NCBI GenBank assembly: GCA_013115125.1
Contig: JABANN010000128.1
Coordinates: 45,166 to 65,165 of the forward strand
Reading direction: 5' to 3'
Origin: Perkinsus olseni
Taxonomy: Eukaryota
Length of the DNA: 20,000 bases
Position numbers and translations under genes: made by a program. The first letter of the stretch is position 1; each line of letters opens with the position of its first letter. The notes under the pieces are model-generated. The model was not told the origin of the DNA and ran no database searches. It worked only from the letters and a program-made list of their open reading frames with translations. Below, piece by piece: positions 1 through 7,488 of this stretch.

Positions 1-401
1 GAAGGTCTTGACAAGGCTAACAGCTGCCGAGGGGTTGCAGTACTTCAACCATACTGCAGAGTTGAGGGCCGACCCTCCGGCGACTCTCTCCACGGACTCA
101 GCTAGTCTCTGATGATGCAGCCTGCGAACTACTAGGGCAGCGAATCTGCTACGTCCTCTCCCCACTCCGGCAGGTCGTCCTTCTCTAATCGACAGACGAT
201 ATCACAGAAGCTGTCTCCAATGACTGCTACTGCCACCGAAGGTGGTCGCGACTGATCAGAAGCAGGCCGGTGAGAAGACCACAGTGGCAGCGATAGCAGC
301 CCTACCTCCCGTCCACGTCTCCGCCTCTTGAACTCGCATATTGCGACAACACCCAAGGAAAGCACTGCTGCTCCTATCAACCGAGGGCGATCCACTTCCA
401 A
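1..401 (-). CDS. PfkB/ribokinase-family carbohydrate kinase, 5' part (runs off window start; start codon not resolved)
   Basis: ORF 132-401 gives VAVIGDSFCDIVCRLEKDDLPEWGED. Removing a 44-nt GT..AG intron (152-109) continues in frame as RLAESVERVAGGSALNSAVWLKYCNP, the PfkB N-terminal 'GG.a.N.A' motif. N-terminal hydrophobic stretch followed by KRRRR. Confidence 0.8.
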
Positions 402-593
402 ATCAAACTAAACGAACTGAGCTCGAGCGAAGCTACTCGAACGGTCCGGACGCACTCGCCGGTGAGGCCACCTCGGACGACCGACTAACAGCGCAACAAT
501 CTACAGATACAAACTTACTGCTTCAGTGATTGTGAGAGACTGGCTAAATGAAATTGAACACCATCAACGGCTGATACAGGGACGGCTGGCCCC

Positions 594-986
594 CTAGTCC
601 TTACTGAGGGACTTGTAGGCAGCCCCAGCAGCCGCACCAGCAGCCCGCCCTGCCGAGTCCAGAGCGGCATAGGTCTTGGCCTTCCTCTCAGGGGTGAAGT
701 GGTCGTCTATGAAGTCCTTGGTGGTGTGGTAGGCAGCAGAAGTAGCAGTACTAGCCACCCTCCACGTCCGGCCCAGCTGAGACCTATCCCCCCTACTAAG
801 GGAGAAACCGTCCTCTGACAGAGTGAGGAGGTAGTCATAACCCTCACAGGACTTCTGCCATGCATACTCCGAAGCCTTCTTGCACCTTTCGAAGGCTTCC
901 GAGTTGAAGATGTTATCGACGAATTCAGTGCTGCAGACCGAACTCTCAACTGCAGACATTTCTAGATCTGTCCTTAATGGCTGCAT
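594..986 (-). CDS. Hypothetical protein, 130 aa (paralogue of 1204-1977)
   Basis: Intronless ATG-to-stop ORF sharing a ~55-aa block (WQKSCEGYDYLLTLSEDG..DRSQLGRTWRVASTATS) with the neighbouring ORF. Alternative start MSAVESS at 959. Confidence 0.75.
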   Translation of the reverse strand: MQPLRTDLEMSAVESSVCSTEFVDNIFNSEAFERCKKASEYAWQKSCEGYDYLLTLSEDGFSLSRGDRSQLGRTWRVASTATSAAYHTTKDFIDDHFTPERKAKTYAALDSAGRAAGAAAGAAYKSLSKD

Positions 987-1203
987 TCAGGATGATATTA
1001 CGATACTCAATACCAACACAACCGTAGCTTGCGGAAGAAACAACAACGACTAGTGTAGAGAATCAATTGTGCTTTAAATCAGATAGGGTGTGGGACAAGG
1101 AGAACCGCTCACACCGCGATGTTTCTGCTGCTGCTGCTGCTGTCCTTGCCGGTCGTCCCACTGTGAAGAATGAGTAGTACTCTCCTCCAAGAGAGCAGCG
1201 CCT

Positions 1204-1977
1204 TTAATGGCTCCTCAGAGTGGACTTGTAGGAAGCGCTAGAGGCGGTCTTGCTGCCAGTAGAGGTACTGAAGGCCTTCCTGTTGTCAGCCACCTTCCTT
1301 CCGACACCAGGGAGAACAGGGGAAGGAGCCCCAGCCGTGTTATGGGCCTTAGCAGGGTCAACGGTACTAGCATCTCTCACCGCACCCACGGTCTTTGCCT
1401 CCTTCAAAACCTCCGCGGGCTTAGCCTCTTTCACAACATCAGTAGTAGCAGGAGCAGTCTGCTTAGTCTGCTTTACAGCATCAGCGGACTTAGTCTCGAC
1501 CTCCTTGATCAGACCAACAGGCTTCACGTCCTTCATGTCTTTATCGCCTCCGCCGCCGACCACTTTGTAGGCCTTCTCGACGTCCTTCACCACAGGGACC
1601 TTCTCGGCCTCGTCGGCCACTAGCTCTTCACCCTCCTTCTCAGCCGCTGTCTTTATACACTTCTCCTCCACCACATGCTTAGCCTCCTTCACATAACGGG
1701 GAGTGTTCTTCACAACAACACTAGTGGCGGTGCTCACAACGGACCAGCTCCGACCAAACTGAGACTTCCCATCTCTGTCCAAGTCCAAGCCTTCTTCCGA
1801 CCGAGTCAACAGGTAGTCGTAGCCCTCGCAGGTCTTCTGCCAAACATACCCAGCGGCCTCCTTAGCTTTGGCGTAGGCGTCAGAATCGACCACCTTGTGA
1901 TAGGTTTCCGAACCGCACATGGAGCCGTCGACACGAGCCTGCTCCTGTGCTGATAATTCCAATGGATAACTACTCAT
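1204..1977 (-). CDS. Hypothetical protein, 257 aa, with K/E/V/A-rich low-complexity tail (paralogue of 594-986)
   Basis: Intronless ORF; shared block WQKTCEGYDYLLTRSEEG..GKSQFGRSWSVVSTATS; loose V(V/L)KEAK repeats in the C-terminal half. Confidence 0.8.
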   Translation of the reverse strand: MSSYPLELSAQEQARVDGSMCGSETYHKVVDSDAYAKAKEAAGYVWQKTCEGYDYLLTRSEEGLDLDRDGKSQFGRSWSVVSTATSVVVKNTPRYVKEAKHVVEEKCIKTAAEKEGEELVADEAEKVPVVKDVEKAYKVVGGGGDKDMKDVKPVGLIKEVETKSADAVKQTKQTAPATTDVVKEAKPAEVLKEAKTVGAVRDASTVDPAKAHNTAGAPSPVLPGVGRKVADNRKAFSTSTGSKTASSASYKSTLRSH

Positions 1978-2133
1978 TACAAAATACTATGATACTGTGA
2001 AAAAAGTTGCGGTAGTAGGTTCTCGAAGTAGCGTTGAGGAAATGCAAGATTCGGCAAGATTGCAAGATTAGGCTAGAAGATACCGACCACACTTCAAGAC
2101 TGAACACAGTGCTGTGTATTGATAGAAACGTCG

Positions 2134-2660
2134 TCAGTCGCCGCGCCATATGTTGCCACACTTAACGCATCGGTAAAAGGTTGTCATCGGCTCATCAGCA
2201 CTCCTGATCTGCATCTGCTTGAAGTAAGCCCGGTTAGAGTCGCAGCCATCAGCAGGGCAAACAGCTGAGGAGAGGTGGTCATGGAGACGGACAGAGGGAG
2301 GCAAGAGTTCCTACCTTCAGTCTGCTGAACATCCTTCCATGCATCTGGTCCTCCGAGGACATCCTCAACCACAGGGCCACCTGGTAATGGCAAGAGAATG
2401 ACAAAAATGACAGCCGCCGGGATTGAACCCGGGTCTCTCGACAGACAGGGCTCACCTTCCTTGTGTAATATCTCCTTCTGCGTCAGCTTCTCGGAGATGG
2501 GGAATAAATAAGGACATGTCCGGCACCAGTACCTGCCACCGCGACCATCAACCCAAGTACAGCAACCTCTTCCCCCTCCTCCTTCTCACTTCATCGTATC
2601 ATGACCAGCTTGTAAGACTAGTAAATTCCCGCACGTCGGGCAAAACAACACTCCGGACAT
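2134..2660 (-). CDS. RPC11: DNA-directed RNA polymerase III subunit RPC11/RPC10 (POLR3K), 114 aa; exons 2660-2590, 2532-2456, 2380-2315, 2264-2134
   Basis: Manual splicing with GT..AG introns of 57, 75 and 50 nt gives MSGVLFCPTCGNLLVLQAGHDTMKYWCRTCPYLFPISEKLTQKEILHKEGGPVVEDVLGGPDAWKDVQQTEAVCPADGCDSNRAYFKQMQIRSADEPMTTFYRCVKCGNIWRGD*. It has two Zn ribbons, the C11-typical 'VEDVLGG..AW' and the TFIIS-like QIRSADEP acidic hairpin. Confidence 0.95.
2403..2485 (-). promoter_or_regulatory. tRNA-like Pol III element in RPC11 intron 2: B box/T-arm, T5 run and an A-box-like sequence in exon 2
   Basis: Minus strand GACCCGGGTTCAATCCCGGCGGCTGTCATTTTT. B box GGTTCAATCCC at 2429-2419 inside a CCGGG/CCCGG stem; T5 at 2407-2403; A-box-like TGACGCAGAAGG at 2485-2474. 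Confidence 0.55.
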
Positions 2661-2952
2661 TACTAAGAACAACTATTCCGTGCTTTCTGACACCTCTAGC
2701 TGTGGAACTCAGAAGCCTCGGTATGATAGAGAAATATAGCCATTATCAGCGGATATCAGGTTACAAGTTGCTTTCGTTGGTAGACGTACAGTGTTGTAGT
2801 GGAACGTAGCATCACCAGCCAGACACGACGTCTGGTGATGATGAAGGAAGAAGACGACGATGGGGAAGAAGAAGAAGGAACATGGGTGGCACGGGTCACC
2901 GGTACGGTAGACGTAATTCGACCACTCAATCTTCAAGCTGTATTTTACGTAT

Positions 2953-5011
2953 TCAGGCACTGCCCTCAGTTGCTACCTGGCCTGAAAGAAGGAATGGTGT
3001 TCCAGTATCTCCCCAAACCTCATATCAACGGCTCAAATTCCTGCCCAGGTTCGAACCCCACAACCACCATATGTTCTCTCGCCACCAATAATACCTTCTG
3101 TAGGTTTCTTCTCCGCCAGGGACTTCTTAGCGTTCTTCCCTCGGTATTTCTGTATGTTCTCCTTCCGCTTCGCCTGAGCTGCTGCCTGCTTCTCCTTGAC
3201 CTCTCTGCTCCTCGCCGCCCTACATACCACAACCATCACAACTCCTCCCCCCATCCCACCATCCTACCACTCCTCGCGTGACTTGTTCTTCTTCTTATCA
3301 ATCGCCTTCTGAGCCTTCCTCAACTTATGGACATCATCATGGACCTTCTCACCAGCAGCTCGCTTCATCGCCTGCCACAACACTCAACTGCCCCTTCCAC
3401 GCCCTTCAAAAGCTATCCCCATATCATGACTAGGTCGTGCTCAAGCTAGCTTCTCCTACACCCTACATTCACTCTGCTTCTATGGTCCCAAACTACAAGA
3501 CTCGAACTACAACCACCGCGACAGTGTACATATCGCCATCCCCGACAATACTACCCTCTCAATAGCCTTGTCTTGACTAAGTTTAACCCTCTCCTCTGCA
3601 GTGGATGCCTGGGTTATCTGCTGCTGCTCCTTCTCGGCCTGCTCTATCTCCTTCTCTAAGCGTTGCCGCTTGGAAACCTTCTTCTCCTTATGCTCCTCGA
3701 CTGAGAGATAGTGAAAAGCCGATACAACGATTCGAACCCACAACCTCGGCGAGGAAATCATCAGCGCCAACCCGCTCGGCCACATCGTCAAGATATTCCT
3801 ACCATCAGCGGCTCTCTTCTTGAAGTTGAAGGAGCTGAAGTCAAGATCTTCCTTAACGTTAGCCTTCTCCTCTAGCTCCTCCTCCTCCCTCTCCTTCCTC
3901 TTAGCCGCAATAGCTGCCTTCATCTCGGCCTTCTTCTTTCCACCATTCTTGGCCTTCTTTTTTCGCTCAGCAGCATCAGCCTTCTGCTTCGCTCTTCGAA
4001 GTCTCTTAGCCTCAGCAGCATCTTCACCCTGACAGAATGACGCTCAGCGTCCCCCCAATGGACGGGTGCCCGTCAGAGATCACTGACAGGAATTCTCCTA
4101 GACAACCTTGCCCCGCATGATTCGAGCTCAACCCAAAGATACGCGGGAACGATTGAATAGCATCCAAGCTACAGTACTGCTAACGGTTAGTCTGAGTTGC
4201 GGAATACCCGCGATATTTAACAATCATTGAACCCTACGGAAGTGTTCAATAGACTTCCCCTCTCGAATCCCAGAATCGAATTTTGCGCCCAAAAGTGGAT
4301 CCCGGGAGCGCTTTCTAAGCTCAGGAGAGCTCCATTGAAGGCCCGGAATGATCGGGCGAGCGCATCGACTACCTCCTCGTTCTCCTTAGCTGCCTTCTTC
4401 CACTCCTTCTGCGATTCCCGAGCCTCCCTGACCAACTCGAGAGATTCCAGAATAAGGGACCGTGCCGATTCTCCCACCTCAAAGCTTCGATTTTGGCGTG
4501 AAGTTTTTCTCGAAGCTCCGCACCAGATACGGGACGGGTGACTTCTGAGGACGGAAGGCGCAGTGAAGGCTACGACAGTCTGATGAACGCTCTGCGGAGG
4601 CATCCCCCTTCCCCTCTGTGGGCCACTCAAGAGCTACTAGGCTCGACAGGGAACATATCACGGCCACGACTCTACCCGTCTATTACTAGCTTTCTTCTTC
4701 TTGGCATTCTTCTTCGCCCCAGAGATCTTTTCCTGCTCAGCTTTTCGTTTGCTTAGAACCTCCTCCAACACCCGAGTAGTGGTCTTAGCATTGCGAGGGT
4801 CCAACTGCCTGCTGTGGAAGCCCGCCTCCTGTACTGTTAGCGGAGAATCGCCGAAGGTTATCGTTTGAAGGTACTGATGAGCCGGAATCAAATCGATCGT
4901 TTGATCGATTACGTCCCGTATCTCCCTATACGTGCTCCGAAGAGCCTGCTTGCTAGGTGCCTTGGACGAGGGCGCCTCTGGAGTCTTCTGCACTGATGAA
5001 GGGACAGTCAT
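2953..5011 (-). CDS. SURF6: SURF6/Rrp14-family nucleolar ribosome-biogenesis protein, multi-exon (stop at 2953 or 3033 depending on the last acceptor)
   Basis: Spliced segments: IDLIPAHQYL (Rrp14 N-terminal like), ELREKLHAKIEALR (~4544-4478), EDLDFSSFNFK, AMKRAAGEKVHDDVHKLRKAQKAIDKKKNKSREEW..AARSREVKEKQAAAQAKRKENIQKYR (SURF6 C-terminal domain pattern). Introns at 4372-4029, 3802-3701, 3554-3372 and ~3269-3221, and one starting at 3094; exon structure at 4545-4685 is uncertain. Confidence 0.85.
3048..3057. promoter_or_regulatory. Palindromic B-box (GGTTCGAACC) in the last predicted SURF6 intron
   Basis: Matches GTTCRANNC on both strands. On minus it is preceded by TGGCGA...GGTGGTTGTGG, as is the element at 3499-3538. 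Confidence 0.4.
3499..3507 (-). promoter_or_regulatory. B-box match (GTTCGAGTC) in SURF6 intron 3554-3372
   Basis: Matches GTTCRANNC. An imperfect A-box-like TAGTATTGTCGG starts 46 nt upstream (3553); T4 at 3411-3408. Confidence 0.4.
3714..3789 (-). pseudogene. Degenerate tRNA (Ser/Leu-type 5' end) retaining A box, B box and T4, nested in a SURF6 intron
   Basis: GACGATG-TGGCCGAGCGG-GTTGGCG...GTTGTGGGTTCGAATC-GTTGTATCGGC-TTTT. A box 3782-3772, B box 3738-3729; T8-to-G53 distance is 45 nt as in standard tRNA numbering. No proper anticodon stem, and the 3' T-stem strand is missing. Confidence 0.65.
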
Positions 5012-5339
5012 ATTGACGCTAAGTCAAACTACCACAGGCAAACACCGTTGAAGCCACAATCCTGCCAAACTCCACAAAAGTCCGGTGATAAAATTTTCAG
5101 CCACTCATCTTTATGATAATAATCGTAGTTCAATCGAGTTAGGCATCCCAAAGATGCCTCTCTATAAAGAGCTAAGAGCAATTCTCATTCACATCCACTG
5201 TGCGTGTATGGCTATTATTGTCATGAGTCGTTAAGTTCCGAGAATCCATCCAGGTCCTCTGAGGAATATATAATAAAACTTTCCGTCGTTGGTATGCTGC
5301 TGCCGCTGCCGCTGCGCACCACCTACAACAACAATGCAG

Positions 5340-6301
5340 CTTATCCGCTGGCCCTGTAGGGGTCGATCAGAAGGAAAACCCCAGGACGTAGCCACCCACG
5401 AATCTACCAAGCGCTCCTGATTGATATGAGAGTTCCATCAACATGAGACATTCAGTACGCTACCTCCCCTCACTGTGGAAGAGCCGCTGCCCGTTAAACT
5501 ACACTCGAGGAGCAGGAGGATTCCATCCCCGCCTCCCGCCTTGTCCCTTGCATTGAGTTGGACATCGGCAGGGCCCTAGGAGGCCCCATTCCCGGTGCCA
5601 TCACCGAGCTGCTAGTGATCAACATCCGCCGCAACTCTTCAATCTGTGCCTACACGCTGAGCCTGCTGCCCGTATCCTACCCATGAAGGATACTACTTCT
5701 AAGGCGGCCACGGTCTCCTGAAGCTCCTCAACATACCCAGCTTCGGTCTGGATCATCGCATCTTCGGTTGATGCAGAATAAGATGCTGATGACGATGGGC
5801 GAGGACCCGCAGCAGGAAGGGACCTACGTAGTAGCAACAGCATACGTGTGCCCGTCAACAGTGACCAGAGATAGCCTACCTCACGGGGTCCCCGTCATCA
5901 TCACACTCTCGGACGGGCCTCCATCGACGGCCATATCGAGGCTTCGCCCTCGACGGGCAGGTCAACACATCAACACTCGTGAGTGCTCCAAAGGGTCTGA
6001 GTAGAACCCAGTACCCCAACCACCTCCCGGACCACGGCTACTACATCCCCTCCCAGAAGCAGTCCTCCCTAATAGCCTCTTCAGTGTCCGTCAAGTCCTC
6101 CTCCTCTCCTTCACTCATGTCCGTAGTAGGGGTGGCCGAGCAAGTACTATCTCGGTCACCATAGACATCCCTGTGAAGCTGACTGGCGAACCCTCGGACG
6201 TCTGCAGCGACCTCTCGAAGGAAACAAGGCCACATCAGAAGCTACAAAGGCGTCGATCAATCGGACCTCGACCCAACCCAACAGCAGCGGCTCCCGTCCA
6301 T
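5340..6301 (-). CDS. Hypothetical multi-exon protein with acidic stretch and short coiled coil (boundaries approximate)
   Basis: Open segments LMWPCFLREVAADVRG..SEGEEEDLTDTEEAIREDCFWEG and EDAMIQTEAGYVEELQETVAALE|IEELRRML, separated by GT..AG intron-like stretches. No family recognised. Confidence 0.5.
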
Positions 6302-6425
6302 CACTCAGAGACAAATACTGTTAAGTACAACATGACGAGGATGAAGGCAATCTTCAATCGAGACTCGGCGAGATGAACTTAAGAAATGCTGGATACAATA
6401 GCGGACAGCAGCTAATTCGGCAGGA

Positions 6426-7435
6426 CTACTCATTTTTGACGTACTTCGGAGGACAAAGGAAACTAAATACGTTTTCACCAGCTACTTGGCGGACCGTCCG
6501 CGTCAACCTCTGGTCAGCCCCGCAATGGTTCGTTACAAGCTCGGCAATATCGCTGACAATTTGCACATTCAAGTTGAAGTAGTTGTGCCGTATCGAGTGA
6601 ACGTTCTGCTGCATGTGACGACAGTCCATCACGTCAATTCTGCTGCGGCCATAGGGAAGAGCCCCACTCGGGCGAGCGCACACCGGCCAAACCTTCCTCC
6701 CTATAACCTTATCCCGTGAGAAGACCTCCGAGCACAGCAGTGCGAAGTCCCTGTCGTCACAGTAGAGAGTCATCCGATCTGCCACGTCCAACACGCGGGG
6801 CACATGAACCTCCTCAAAGCCAGCTACGGGAAAGTCCGCATTGACGAGGACCACATTGGACAATCTCAGAACCCCCATACCCTCCGGATCGGTGAACCGT
6901 CGATCCTCGTACTCCTCGAGAATCATAAAGAAGAGATGTGCTGCCATGCTGTGGACGAGGCAGTGGACATGCTCGTATCCCTTCCTCCGCAGGTCCAATA
7001 GGAAGTCTAGAAGGTCCGTCGTGAACTGTCCTATACAGCCCTTCGCCTTACCGTACGACAGCGTCTGCCCCGTGGCTTGGGAGAATACAAAGGGATGAAT
7101 ATGAGAAGGGAACCTCCCCAGGGCCAGCATTTGACCCAGCCGTAGCAAAGCGTATTCAGTAGGGCAGTTGTAGCCATGAAGGAACACCAGTGCCTCGCTC
7201 GAAGGCTTAGTAACCGGCAGGGGCTCCAGGACGTACATAGAACGACCCACTATCTTCACCCTGGCACTGCACTCATAACCTCCCTTTACTTCCAGGCCCC
7301 GATTCGGCCATAGATGGGCTGTTATCCGCCTGTCCTCGTCCTCCAGGCGACTCGTTAAAGGGTTACCTCCACCACGAGATGGCGATGATACACCTACGAT
7401 GGTGGTCCCGACTGTGATAGTACAACCCTACTCGA

Positions 7436-7488
<53 letters not shown>

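Noticed and set aside
1021-1030. ACCGTAGC, resembling the start of the Perkinsus/dinoflagellate spliced leader
   Set aside because: Only 8 nt match, it diverges immediately, and it is antisense to the neighbouring genes.
2403-3789. Calling the intronic elements functional tRNA genes
   Set aside because: None forms a full cloverleaf with an anticodon stem-loop and complete acceptor and T stems.
4300-4360. U3 snoRNA-like words (GATCATT, CTCCTGAGC) on the minus strand
   Set aside because: Box order, spacing and terminal box C/D do not fit U3.
1207-4756. Plus-strand ORFs overlapping the minus-strand genes (e.g. 1207-1623, 2799-3281, 3820-4032)
   Set aside because: Antisense shadows of better-supported coding exons.
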